In this document: piece after piece, positions 25,294 to 35,197 of the stretch
Layout of the letters: each line of letters begins with the position of its first letter
Position numbering within the stretch: position 1 is the first letter of the stretch
Source: Akkermansiaceae bacterium
GTDB taxonomy: Bacteria > Verrucomicrobiota > Verrucomicrobiia > Verrucomicrobiales > Akkermansiaceae
NCBI GenBank assembly: GCA_031430055.1
Contig: JANPAU010000094.1
Span: 1 to 45,702 of the forward strand
DNA: 45,702 nt
Direction: 5' to 3'
The notes under the pieces: model-generated
Database searches by the model: none
What the model was told of the DNA's origin: nothing
The model's input: the letters and a program-made list of their open reading frames with translations, nothing else
Translations under genes and position numbers: made by a program

Positions 25294-26373
25294 TTGACGG
25301 CGATTCGAAATTCCCAGTTGGACGGATGGCGAGCCTTTGCGGTGCTGGGGGTGATGTGGCTGCACTGGGCGCCGGCAGAATGGCGCGGGCACTTCCCCTT
25401 TGAGATTGGGCTATTCTTTTTTCTAACACTGACCGGTTTTCTGATCACCCGCATCCTATTGCGCGAACGGGCGGCTTGCGAGATAGGCGAAGGGAAATGG
25501 CGCATCAAGGCCTACCTGCATTTTCAAAAGCGGCGGATGTTACGAATCCTGATTCCGTGTTACGCCGCGATGATCTTCGCAATCCTTGTCGGTGCCCCAG
25601 ACATTCGAGCGCATTGGTCGGCCTACTTCGGGCATGGGTCGAATTTCCACATGGCGTTCATGGAGGGCTGGCCGTCTGGGACGGCGCACTACTGGACACT
25701 CGCGCTCCAGGTTCAGTTCTATCTGATGTGGCCGCTGGTGGTATTCCTCACGCCACGGCGAATGCTCGCGGGAGTGTTTGGTTTTTGCATCGCACTGGCT
25801 CCCTTATCGCGGATGATTTTGGCGCGGTGGTTTCCTGAAATCCATCACAGTCAGGCGATCACTCCCACGGCGCTGGATTACTTTGGCGTCGGTGCATTGC
25901 TCGCGCTCGCGCTGGAGCGGGGGATGCAAGCGGGAGACGCGCGGTTGAAACGGGGTGCCTGGCTCGCGTTCGGCGGTTATGCGGTGCTCTATGTTTTCAC
26001 CGAGCTGAAACAACCGGTCGATGGTTTCTGCTACATCCAGCAAACGCTCGTCTCGGTGGTTTTCGCCGGGCTGATATCCGCGACCTTGGCGGGCTTCGGC
26101 GGTTGGCTTGGAAAAATTCTCGATCACCCAGCGGTCCAACATGTCGGACACTTAAGCTTCGGACTCTATCTGTTTCATACCCCGGTTCCACTATTCCTTG
26201 GCTGGATATTACCGTGGCTGTGGTTTCCATTTTTCACAGGGCCTTGGCTCTTGGTTCGACTCGGAGCCTTCGCGCTCACCTCTTGGGGAATTGCCTATCT
26301 ATGCTGGAGATACTTGGAAAAACTACCGCTTCAGACTAACAAGCATGGCTCTTCAAGCGCTCCAAATCGATAA
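25294..26373 (+). CDS. Acyltransferase family 3 (OafA-like) membrane O-acyltransferase
   Basis: LDGWRAFAVLGVMWLH, FFLTLTGFLIT, HYWTLALQVQFYLMWP, SFGLYLFH, WRYLEK. Confidence 0.92.
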   Translation: MTAIRNSQLDGWRAFAVLGVMWLHWAPAEWRGHFPFEIGLFFFLTLTGFLITRILLRERAACEIGEGKWRIKAYLHFQKRRMLRILIPCYAAMIFAILVGAPDIRAHWSAYFGHGSNFHMAFMEGWPSGTAHYWTLALQVQFYLMWPLVVFLTPRRMLAGVFGFCIALAPLSRMILARWFPEIHHSQAITPTALDYFGVGALLALALERGMQAGDARLKRGAWLAFGGYAVLYVFTELKQPVDGFCYIQQTLVSVVFAGLISATLAGFGGWLGKILDHPAVQHVGHLSFGLYLFHTPVPLFLGWILPWLWFPFFTGPWLLVRLGAFALTSWGIAYLCWRYLEKLPLQTNKHGSSSAPNR

Positions 26374-26450
26374 ACTCCAACGCCGCTTCCAGTGGCACAA
26401 CGTAAAGTGAGATCGCTCTTCTACATTGCTGTGTGGCGCAGATGCTTCAT

Positions 26451-28361
26451 TCAAGCGCTCGCAGCTTCGCGGATCGCTTCGAGCTCTTCCCAGCGAGTGT
26501 AAAGCTTGGCGACCTTGGCTTTGTCAGCGTCCAGCTTTGCGACGAGTTCGGGGATCTCGGCAAAGCGCTTGGCTTGGAAATCTGGATCGTGCAACAGCGC
26601 TTCGAGTCCCTCGGCTTCTTGCTCGATGGCGAGGATGGCGGTCTCCATGCCTTCGAGTTCATTCTTTTCGTTGAACGTGAGCTTACGGCCCTTTTTCGCG
26701 GCAGGTGCGGTGGAAGCTGCCTTTTGTCGAGCGGCAGCGTCACGTGCGGCGGCTTGTGCTTGGATTCGTTGGGCGGCTTCACGAGCTTGGCGCTTTTCAA
26801 GATAATAGGAATAATTTCCTGCCTGCACGGCGATGCCGTCGTCTTCGAAGGCGATGATCTGATCGCAAATCCGGTCGAGGAAATATCGATCATGGGAAAC
26901 AACGATCACGGAGCCGTCGAATACCGCGAGCGCTTCTTCGAGCATCCGCAGCGAGGGTAGATCGAGGTCGTTAGTCGGCTCGTCGAGCACGATGACGTTA
27001 CCACCGTTTTTCAGAACTTTGGCTAACATGAGCCGCGCGCGTTCACCACCGGATAGAAGATCGACGCGCTCGTTGATGCGTTTATCATCGAAGAGAAAGC
27101 GCCGGAGGTAGTTGCGTGCGCCGAGCGATTGGTTGCCGAACATCAACTTTTCGTTGCCATCAGAAATTTCATCGAGCAACGAGCCGGTGCCGTCGAGCTG
27201 CATCCGTGTCTGGTCGATGTAGTTCACCTTCACGCGTTTACCGGTGACGGCGGTCCCTTCGGTCGGCTCGATCTGACCGAGGCAGAGCTTGAGTAGCGTG
27301 GTTTTTCCCACGCCGTTTCGTCCAACGATGCCGGTACACTGGCCGGGGCGCAGGCTGAGAGTTAGATTCCGGAATAACCAGCGCGGCGACTTCTCGGAGC
27401 CTACATTCACGCCCGCGCCTTCCAGCTCGACGACGATGTTTCCCAAGTCTGGGGGCGGCGGGATGAGCAGGTCCATTTCCCGCTCTTCGGGCGGTGCCTC
27501 CATGCCTTCGATTTCGTAAAACTTGTCCAAGCGAGTGCGCTGCTTGGTGCCGCGGGCTTTGACGCCGGAGCGGACCCACTCAAGTTCTTCTCGCAGAAAT
27601 CGCTGGCGGCGGCGCTCGGTCTGACCGGCGATTTGCTGGCGGATAGCTTTGGATTCCAAGAAGGCCGTGTAGTTTCCCGGATGGGAAAACGCGCGGCCTT
27701 GATCAATCTCGATGATCCGGGTGGCGATGACATCGAGGAAGTAGCGATCGTGAGTGACGAAGATGACCGCGCCGGGAAAGTTTTTGAGGTATTCCTCTAA
27801 CCAACGGATGGATTCGGCGTCGAGATGGTTCGTCGGCTCGTCGAGAAGGAGTAAATCCGGCTGGCAGGCGAGGGCGCGGCAGAGCGCGACCCGGCGTTTT
27901 TCTCCGCCGGAGAGTGGGCCGACCATTGCATCGAGCGGCGGCGTGCCGAGCGCGGTTGATGCGGCTTTGATGCGGGCGTCGAGATTCCAACCGTCGGCGT
28001 GATCGATGAGGTGGAGCAGGTCGTTGAGTTCGGTATCACTGCCTTCGCCATTTTCGTAGCGGCGGATGGCTTCGACGATGTCGGCTGCGCCGAGGGCGAT
28101 ATTTTCCTGCACGGTGAGCTCGGAATTCAGTTCAAATTCTTGGGGCAGGTAGCCGACACGGAGCGCCCGGCGGAGGGAAATTTCCCCGGAGTCTGCCATT
28201 TGCTCGCCGGTGAGGATTTTGAGCAGCGAGGTTTTCCCACAGCCATTGCGGCCGACCATACCGGTTTTTTCTCCGGCGGAGACGGCAAGGGTGACGCCAT
28301 CCAGCAGCGTTTGGTAACCGTAGGTCAGGCGAATTTCGTTGGCAGAGAGGAGAGCGGACAT
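26451..28361 (-). CDS. ABC-F family ATPase (Uup-like)
   Basis: Two ABC domains (GRNGCGKT/LSGGE/LDEPTNHLD and GRNGVGKT/LSGGE/LDEPTNDLD), no transmembrane segments, C-terminal coiled coil ending RWEELE. Confidence 0.95.
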   Translation of the reverse strand: MSALLSANEIRLTYGYQTLLDGVTLAVSAGEKTGMVGRNGCGKTSLLKILTGEQMADSGEISLRRALRVGYLPQEFELNSELTVQENIALGAADIVEAIRRYENGEGSDTELNDLLHLIDHADGWNLDARIKAASTALGTPPLDAMVGPLSGGEKRRVALCRALACQPDLLLLDEPTNHLDAESIRWLEEYLKNFPGAVIFVTHDRYFLDVIATRIIEIDQGRAFSHPGNYTAFLESKAIRQQIAGQTERRRQRFLREELEWVRSGVKARGTKQRTRLDKFYEIEGMEAPPEEREMDLLIPPPPDLGNIVVELEGAGVNVGSEKSPRWLFRNLTLSLRPGQCTGIVGRNGVGKTTLLKLCLGQIEPTEGTAVTGKRVKVNYIDQTRMQLDGTGSLLDEISDGNEKLMFGNQSLGARNYLRRFLFDDKRINERVDLLSGGERARLMLAKVLKNGGNVIVLDEPTNDLDLPSLRMLEEALAVFDGSVIVVSHDRYFLDRICDQIIAFEDDGIAVQAGNYSYYLEKRQAREAAQRIQAQAAARDAAARQKAASTAPAAKKGRKLTFNEKNELEGMETAILAIEQEAEGLEALLHDPDFQAKRFAEIPELVAKLDADKAKVAKLYTRWEELEAIREAASA

Positions 28362-28538
28362 GAAGCGGCGCGGATGTGCCCTATCTTTCGGCAAACGTCC
28401 ATCCCAGATCCAGTTCTCGGCTCAGCAACGCCGCTTCGCCTTTGAAATCGAAGAAACCGCCGAAACCGCCCAGTCCACGGTCGTCGTAAATTTTCCGAGT
28501 TGCTCTCTTGGTAGTGAGGTTCTCAAGATGCTCTGCAG

Positions 28539-29840
28539 ATGTCGCAATTGCCCGCATGGCTGGAACGTTACCGAAAGCTACCGAGGCGGGTATGGCTCTT
28601 CGCATGGGGGCAATTTTTGATCAATCTCATCATCACCGCGCAGTTTCTGATGCTCAATTTGTTTCTCAAAGACAAAGGGCTGAGCGATCCTGAAATTGCG
28701 GCACTCACCTCGCAGCGATTCGTCGCGACGTTCTTTCTCGCGCTGCCTGCCGGACTTTGGTTACGGGGGCGTCCGCTCCGCACTCCGCTGCTGATTGGAT
28801 CGATTTTATTTCCGCTAACAGCTCTGATTTCCTTGGAAACTGTCCGTCTCGGGCTGATGACCGCGGCTTCCACTTGCTTCCTTGCGATGGGATTCGCCGG
28901 CTTGCTACTCAACATTGCCAGCTTACCCATGGCTTTGCGACTGGCCCCGCCAAAGCACTCAAGTGAGACTCTGAGTTTGCTATTCGCCACTTGGGCCGCA
29001 GCGAGTATCTGCGCCGGTGTTCTTTCTAGCATTTTGCAGAGCATCGGCCACTTCAGCATCGGTAGTCTTCACGGGTTGTTCGATGAACATTCGACCCTTT
29101 TACTGCTCACCCTAGCAGGTTTCGGAGCGCCATTCCTTTACGCCCGCCTTCCTGATCCCGTGCCAGAAAAACGAGCGACAGGACACTGGCTGCATGTGCG
29201 GCGGGACGATTGGCCGGTCCTGATGCGAGCTCTTTTACCCACTCTCTGCATCGCCACTGGCGCAGGGTTGAGCATCCAGTTTCTTAATCTATTTTTCAGC
29301 AGTGTCTTCAACATGAGCTCCGCCGCATACTCATTTTACGGCTCAATCAGCAATGTTCTGGTTCTATTCGCCGGATTGATTGTGCCAGAAGTGAAGCGTC
29401 GGTTTGGCTGGCGCGGAGTCATTCTCGGAGTGCAATGCATGGCCGTGATTCTGTTAGTTGTAATGGGACTGACTGAGCTGTGGAAGACCGCCACCTGGGC
29501 ACTGCCACTCGCGATTGCTTGCTTCATCGTCCGTCAACCGCTCATGAGCATGGCGGGTCCGGCTACCAGTGAGCTAACCATGAACTACGTGGGCAAGAAT
29601 AACCGTGAATTGATCAGTGCCTGCAACGGCGCAATCTGGAGCGGCGCTTGGTGGCTGGCGGCCCGGACTTTTGAGATTCTTCGTGCTCACCACCTTCCTT
29701 ACTGGCAGGTTTTTCTTACCACTGCTGTACTCTATCTGGTCGGGACGGTCTCTTATAACGGACTCATCCGCACGGTAGAACGCAAGAAATCAGAGGATCA
29801 GACTTCCGCCACGACACGAGAGATTGAAACCATTTCCTAA
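28539..29840 (+). CDS. MFS transporter
   Basis: About 12 hydrophobic segments in two halves; loop motif KRRFGWR. Confidence 0.85.
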   Translation: MSQLPAWLERYRKLPRRVWLFAWGQFLINLIITAQFLMLNLFLKDKGLSDPEIAALTSQRFVATFFLALPAGLWLRGRPLRTPLLIGSILFPLTALISLETVRLGLMTAASTCFLAMGFAGLLLNIASLPMALRLAPPKHSSETLSLLFATWAAASICAGVLSSILQSIGHFSIGSLHGLFDEHSTLLLLTLAGFGAPFLYARLPDPVPEKRATGHWLHVRRDDWPVLMRALLPTLCIATGAGLSIQFLNLFFSSVFNMSSAAYSFYGSISNVLVLFAGLIVPEVKRRFGWRGVILGVQCMAVILLVVMGLTELWKTATWALPLAIACFIVRQPLMSMAGPATSELTMNYVGKNNRELISACNGAIWSGAWWLAARTFEILRAHHLPYWQVFLTTAVLYLVGTVSYNGLIRTVERKKSEDQTSATTREIETIS

Positions 29841-29862
29841 CATATAAAGCGATTCTGGATGT

Positions 29863-30471
29863 TCACAACGCGCGGCGACCTTGCATGGCCCGCAGCAGCG
29901 TGAGTCCGTCCGCATGTTCGAGGCCACCACCGGCTGGCAAGCCTTGGGCGATGCGGGTGAGCTTGCAATTCCGATCGCGCAGTAACTCGGCGAGGTAGTT
30001 CGCCGTGGCTTCCCCTTCCACATCCGAACCGAGCGCGAGAATGACTTCGATTTCTCCTGCCGCGGCCTCGATCCGCCGGATGAGTGGTGGGATGCGCAGG
30101 TCATCTGGCGAGACTCGGTCGAGCGGAGACAGCTTGCCGCCGAGGCAATGGTAACGACCCCGGAATGCACCAGAGCGTTCGAGAGGAAGGACATCGGTGG
30201 CTTGCTCGACGACACAGAGTATCCGCTCATCGCGGGTGGAATCATCGCAAACATCGCAGCCTGTTTCTGTGGCGAAAAATCCACACACCGGGCATGGCCG
30301 AATCACGTCTTTTGCAACTAACAAGGAATTTGCAAGCGATGCAGGATTGGCTTTCGAGCTTTGCAAAATCCACACGGCGATGCGCTCAGCGCTGCGAGGG
30401 CCGACACCGGGCAGGCGCTTGAGTTCACCGATGAGGACTTTGACCGGTTCAGGGAAATCAACGTGTTTCAT
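29863..30471 (-). CDS. recR: Recombination mediator RecR
   Basis: LPGVGPRSAERIA HhH, CxxC...CxxC zinc finger, Toprim CVVE, VEGEATA, RIAQGLPAGG; start assigned at ATG 30471. Confidence 0.97.
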   Translation of the reverse strand: MKHVDFPEPVKVLIGELKRLPGVGPRSAERIAVWILQSSKANPASLANSLLVAKDVIRPCPVCGFFATETGCDVCDDSTRDERILCVVEQATDVLPLERSGAFRGRYHCLGGKLSPLDRVSPDDLRIPPLIRRIEAAAGEIEVILALGSDVEGEATANYLAELLRDRNCKLTRIAQGLPAGGGLEHADGLTLLRAMQGRRAL

Positions 30472-30925
30472 GAAAGCTTTTGAAATTTTTGATCGCCTCA
30501 TCACAAGGCATCCGGTGCTTGCTTGCGTAAACCAGGGCACAAATACCGGACCACAGTGTGGCGATGAATGGCGCACCGATGTCGGGCGCATGGGCCGCGA
30601 GGCTGAGAACGGGTGCCCAAGCGGCGACTAACACTACCGAAGTAATCCACAAAACGATGCGCCGCCACGTCCCCGCGACGCTCAGCATCGCAAACGACAA
30701 GCCAAAGGCGAAAGCGAGCGTTGCTAACCACACCGACCACTCCGGCAGGGATTTAGGAAATTCATCCGCGTTGCCCCGGGAGACGAGATGGGAAATGACC
30801 AAATTTATTCGATCGAGGATGCCAAGCGCGCTCAAGCCAACGGCTAGCAGAATCGAAAGCGCGCCAATCGCAGCCACTGGCACCAGCACATGGCCGACCG
30901 GATGTGGATGTGAGCGATTTTTCAA
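30458..30925 (-). CDS. Hypothetical membrane protein
   Basis: Four hydrophobic segments; overlaps both neighbours in operon fashion. Confidence 0.75.
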   Translation of the reverse strand: MKNRSHPHPVGHVLVPVAAIGALSILLAVGLSALGILDRINLVISHLVSRGNADEFPKSLPEWSVWLATLAFAFGLSFAMLSVAGTWRRIVLWITSVVLVAAWAPVLSLAAHAPDIGAPFIATLWSGICALVYASKHRMPCDEAIKNFKSFHETR

Positions 30926-31749
30926 AATCCCTTTTTTCTCGTGAAGCTTTCCTCATACGGCGGCTCAGCGGCGATGACGCGCTCGACAACTAACACCGGC
31001 TGAATCAGACCCTCTTCCAAGGGAAATCGCATGGTGCCGGAGACTTTTACCCAGTCATTTTCCCGAAACTCAGGAGGCGTTTTGCCGAACTCCAGCACGA
31101 TGGGAATTGCCCGGCTGTCCGCCGCACAACAAGTGATGAAGAGGCGGTAAAGCCGCTTGCGAGTGCCATTCGGATTGCGGACTTTTTCATCCATCCAGCG
31201 GCCCTCGGTTTCCACCTTGAGACCATCGAGCAGGTTCTGCATTTCCCGGTCGCCCGAGGAGAAGAACAATTCCATCAGACTGAACTCGAGAAATCCATCA
31301 CCAGTCTTGCGGTGACTTTTCTCAATTTCCGCGCGTGTCAAAGCTGGGATACTCGCGGAAAGAAACGGGGCATTCATCTCAGCGGGTGCATCATAGAGTC
31401 CTTTTCTGCCGAGTGCCGCAGCGGAGTATTCATCCTTGGTCCAAGCGACAGAAAGCGCCACTGGCACCATCATCAACAAGAAAGCTGTCACCGGGTGCAT
31501 GTCGCCGCTCTCATGATCGTGCGGGTCGTCATCGCTGCTATGATCATGGCCGCATTCCGCTTTTTGGCCCGCGGTGAGAAGATTGAACAGACCTAACACG
31601 GCAAGACCCAAGCCACCAGCGAAGGCAATCGGCCGGAAGTCTGGCACGAGGTATTGATTGATCCGGCCGCTACTATAAAAATAGAGCAGCACCGCGCTCC
31701 AACAAAGAATCGCGATCGAGAAAAGGATGCGTCGGGCTTGCGGATTCAT
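30922..31749 (-). CDS. TIGR03943/DUF1980-family putative permease partner subunit
   Basis: SGRINQYL, His-rich CGHDHSSDDDPHDH, RLFITCCAADS, WVKVSG. Confidence 0.88.
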   Translation of the reverse strand: MNPQARRILFSIAILCWSAVLLYFYSSGRINQYLVPDFRPIAFAGGLGLAVLGLFNLLTAGQKAECGHDHSSDDDPHDHESGDMHPVTAFLLMMVPVALSVAWTKDEYSAAALGRKGLYDAPAEMNAPFLSASIPALTRAEIEKSHRKTGDGFLEFSLMELFFSSGDREMQNLLDGLKVETEGRWMDEKVRNPNGTRKRLYRLFITCCAADSRAIPIVLEFGKTPPEFRENDWVKVSGTMRFPLEEGLIQPVLVVERVIAAEPPYEESFTRKKGF

Positions 31750-32720
31750 TTCGCTTCAAAGAGAAGATGTTGCCAGAAAATGGAGATGCCGCCGATGGCA
31801 AAAAACAACCCGATGGCGAGCAGGAAGATGAAGCGCTTGCGTAAGACTGTCTGATAGAGAAAGAGTAATTTCACGTCCATCATCGGGCCGAAGGTGAGGA
31901 AGGCGAGCTTCGCGGCCCATGAGAATTTATCCAAGGTCGCTGCGATGAAAGCGTCCGAAGTGCTACAAAGACTCAGCACAAATGCGAGGGCCATCAGCGC
32001 GGCTGGCGCGGCAGTAGGACTGTGCGCTAAACTGTCGAGCCAGTTGGCCCCCGGTGCGATGCCGGTATTGAAGAGGGCAGTGATGGTGACGCCGATGGAG
32101 AAATAGACTGCGACATCGACGAAGTCTTTCATCGCAGAGCGCAAGGCCGCGACGAGGCGATTGTCGGGCGTTGGCTCGTGATGGTGGTCGTGGCCGCAGC
32201 AGGAATGATCGTGATCGTCATGGTGGTGATGCTTATTCGCCACGCTGTCTTTTTCCAAGCTCTCCACGAGCTTCGGCTTCAACACCGAGGAGAGCGACAA
32301 TTTCGAAACAATGATTCCCACTGCGACGGCAATGAGGAAACCGAGCAGCAGCCGCGAGCTCGTCATCATCATCGCGCCTTGGCCTTGGAAGGCTTTCCAC
32401 GTGCTCAGCGCGGTGATGGGATTCACGATGGGAGCTGCTAACATGTAGGTAAGTCCACAGGACACCGGCAGACCCTTCTTCACCAAGCGGCGGATCACCG
32501 GCACCACCGCACACTCACAAACCGGGAATACCGCACCCATCAAACCCGCCGTGAGAATGGCTAGAAATTTATTCTTCGGGAGAAACCGATCCATCGTGCC
32601 CGCCGGCAGGTAAATGTCGATGAACCCACTGATCAGTGTCCCAAGCAGAATAAACGGCACTCCCTCGAAAAGGATGCTCAAGAACGCGAGCGCAAAGTCC
32701 TGCTGAGAATCGGGCGACAT
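31746..32720 (-). CDS. UPF0718/DUF318-family permease with a His-rich loop
   Basis: EGVPFILLG, FPVCECAVVPV, APIVNP, HHHHDDHDHSCCGHDHHH, LSLCSTSDAFIA, FGPMMDVK. Confidence 0.92.
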   Translation of the reverse strand: MSPDSQQDFALAFLSILFEGVPFILLGTLISGFIDIYLPAGTMDRFLPKNKFLAILTAGLMGAVFPVCECAVVPVIRRLVKKGLPVSCGLTYMLAAPIVNPITALSTWKAFQGQGAMMMTSSRLLLGFLIAVAVGIIVSKLSLSSVLKPKLVESLEKDSVANKHHHHDDHDHSCCGHDHHHEPTPDNRLVAALRSAMKDFVDVAVYFSIGVTITALFNTGIAPGANWLDSLAHSPTAAPAALMALAFVLSLCSTSDAFIAATLDKFSWAAKLAFLTFGPMMDVKLLFLYQTVLRKRFIFLLAIGLFFAIGGISIFWQHLLFEAK

Positions 32721-32793
32721 CAGGAGTGAGGAAACGCTGACCGGGCAGTTCTGTCAATCGGCAGTCGAAACCTCAATTGGCAAGTGACCCAGA

Positions 32794-34653
32794 TCAATGT
32801 GCCGGTCCTTGTTGCTCCTGAATGTATTCCTGCTTGAGACCCAGTGCTTCGGGAGCGTGTAGCACGAGCATTTTCATCCGGATGTCCGCTGGGACTGTCC
32901 GGCGGGTGGCGAGGGAGACGACGATCATGAGCCCGATGGCGAGGGGAACCGCCCATAGCGCGGGCTGTTCAGCAAGGATGCGGAGCAGCGGGTGACCGAT
33001 CCAGAAAGCGTTGAGGGCATCCGGCTCCCAGGCTTTATTACCAACCAGAGCGGCAGCTTTGGCGGTCTTGGCGAGGATGTCGCTGATGCTCGTAAGCGAG
33101 ACACAGATCAAGGCGAGCAATCCACCGGTAAGCATCCCCGTGGCAGCTCCCTTCATGGTCATGCCACGCCACCAGACGCTCATGAAAAGCAGCGGGAAAT
33201 AACTGGCGGCGGCGATGGCGAAAGCCTGACCCACCATGAAGTTGATGTCGAGTTGCTCGACTTGGGAACCCAACAAGACTGAAACGCCACCCACCAAGAT
33301 GGCGCACCATTTGAACATTCTCATGCGATCTTCCGGTGTCGATTGTGGGCGGAGCATCCGGCCATAAACGTCGTGAGCCAGCGCACTCGTCATCGAAACT
33401 AGCAGTCCCGAGAACGTACTCATGAACGCAGCGAAGGCGCCCGCGCAAGTGATACCGCTAAGAATAGATCCCAGCACGCCATACTTCGCACGGATCAAAG
33501 TGGGAAGTTCGAGCACCACCTTGTCAGTCCCTTTGGACCCGGTCGCGGAATAGAGTTCTGGTAAAAAATTACGTCCCAGCACCCCGAAAATCGGCGGAAA
33601 TAGATAGAACACGCCGATCAAAATCATCACCCACATCGTGGTCTTCTTCGCCGCGACTCCATCAGGATTGGTATAAAATCGCACGAGAATATGCGGTAGC
33701 CCGGCTGTTCCGCAGACGATGGCGACGATCAGCGAAAAAGTGTAGAGCAAGGACAAAGGGCGAGCTTCCTCTGGAGACAGACCCGCCGCTTTGGCGGCTT
33801 TGGTAGTGAGTGGGCCGAATGGCGAGATCCATGCCTCGTCCTTGGGGGCTCCTACTGGCAACGCCACGCGCTCAGACCTCACAGAATCGACCGTCTGAAC
33901 GATCGCCGGCGGTGAACTTCCCGCTGCAGTTTCATGGTTCAAAGATAGATTTTTCCCGTAACCGCCGAAGACTGCGACTAGGACGAAAACCGGCGCCGAG
34001 ATCGCGAACATTTTGATCCAATACTGCACTGCCTGCACCAGAGTGATCCCCTTCATTCCACCCATCGCGACATTGAGCGTGATCACCGCGCCGACAATCA
34101 ATACTCCTGCCCAGTATGGAAACCCTTTAAGTGCATTGCCATCCACACTGTGAGGCGCAAGGAACTCAAGCCAACCACCCCGTAAATCGACTCCCTGAAA
34201 AATAAAAGCCAGCGTCGTCCCCGCGCCCTTCATCTGCGGCATCGTATAGAAAAACCCAATGAATAGGACGAAACAAACGGCGATCTTGCGGAAAACCGGC
34301 GAGTCATAACGCCCTTCTGCAAAGTCCGGAATCGTATAAGCCCCGAAGCGGCGCAGCGGTCCGGCGATGAACAATAACAGAAACAAATAGCCGCAAGCAT
34401 AACAGACCGGATACCACAGCGCGTCATAGCCCGACAACATCACCATCCCTGCGACTCCCATGAAGCTGGCCGCACTGAGATACTCGCCAGAAATCGCAGA
34501 GGCATTCCACCCGACCGAAACCGAGCGTCCGGCGACGAAAAAGTCAGATGCGGATTTGGAAGTCTTGGCCGAACGAAAGCCCATCCAAATAGTAATGGCG
34601 ACCGTGATGGAGGAAAAACCTAAGATCCAAGGATCGATTTGTGAGAAGTCCAT
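32794..34653 (-). CDS. actP: Cation/acetate symporter (SSS family)
   Basis: DFFVAGR, AISGEYLSAASFMG, LRRFGAYTIPDF, GTAGLPHILVRFYTNPDG. Confidence 0.9.
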   Translation of the reverse strand: MDFSQIDPWILGFSSITVAITIWMGFRSAKTSKSASDFFVAGRSVSVGWNASAISGEYLSAASFMGVAGMVMLSGYDALWYPVCYACGYLFLLLFIAGPLRRFGAYTIPDFAEGRYDSPVFRKIAVCFVLFIGFFYTMPQMKGAGTTLAFIFQGVDLRGGWLEFLAPHSVDGNALKGFPYWAGVLIVGAVITLNVAMGGMKGITLVQAVQYWIKMFAISAPVFVLVAVFGGYGKNLSLNHETAAGSSPPAIVQTVDSVRSERVALPVGAPKDEAWISPFGPLTTKAAKAAGLSPEEARPLSLLYTFSLIVAIVCGTAGLPHILVRFYTNPDGVAAKKTTMWVMILIGVFYLFPPIFGVLGRNFLPELYSATGSKGTDKVVLELPTLIRAKYGVLGSILSGITCAGAFAAFMSTFSGLLVSMTSALAHDVYGRMLRPQSTPEDRMRMFKWCAILVGGVSVLLGSQVEQLDINFMVGQAFAIAAASYFPLLFMSVWWRGMTMKGAATGMLTGGLLALICVSLTSISDILAKTAKAAALVGNKAWEPDALNAFWIGHPLLRILAEQPALWAVPLAIGLMIVVSLATRRTVPADIRMKMLVLHAPEALGLKQEYIQEQQGPAH

Positions 34654-34664
34654 GAGTGTGAAAA

Positions 34665-34985
34665 TTAGGATTGGCGCTTATTGCCCTCCGCAGCATGGCG
34701 GACTTCGTCATCTTCCAAAGCCATCGAGCGTGTGATGAACACACGGGCGATGATCCAGACGTAGGGGAAAAACAAAACCCCCAGCATCAGCCAGCTCAGG
34801 GTGAATCCCCCGACACGCTGCGCCATGAACTCGGGCGCGAAATAGTTCAAAAGCGGCATCCCGAACAACAAAACCAAAAATGCCGCCGCACAGGAGATCG
34901 AGAGCTTGAGCTGGCGGCGCATGAGTTCATGGAGAAATTTCTCGCTGTGAATGAACTCGGATTCTTTCGGCGGTGTTTGTGGCAT
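34665..34985 (-). CDS. DUF485 (YjcH-like) small membrane partner of ActP
   Basis: Two transmembrane segments; immediately upstream of actP; HSEKFLHELMRRQ. Confidence 0.88.
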   Translation of the reverse strand: MPQTPPKESEFIHSEKFLHELMRRQLKLSISCAAAFLVLLFGMPLLNYFAPEFMAQRVGGFTLSWLMLGVLFFPYVWIIARVFITRSMALEDDEVRHAAEGNKRQS

Positions 34986-35197
34986 CGGAGATCGGGGATT
35001 CAGAAAGGTTGAGAACTAGAACCCGAGCGCAAGGCGTCAAGAACCATTTCCCGCCCGCAGCGCTTGAGGGAACACTCGAAGTTCTAAACCTTTTCGAGAT
35101 CGTTAAGTGAGTTCTGTGAGAACAGCAGCGTAAACTCAATGAGAAGCGGCAAGGGCATCACGGCTACCACGGAGGCACTGAAAATAGGCGCATGCTG

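Noticed and set aside
30472-30591. N-terminal extension of recR
   Set aside because: It overlaps the upstream membrane gene; RecR homology starts near 30471
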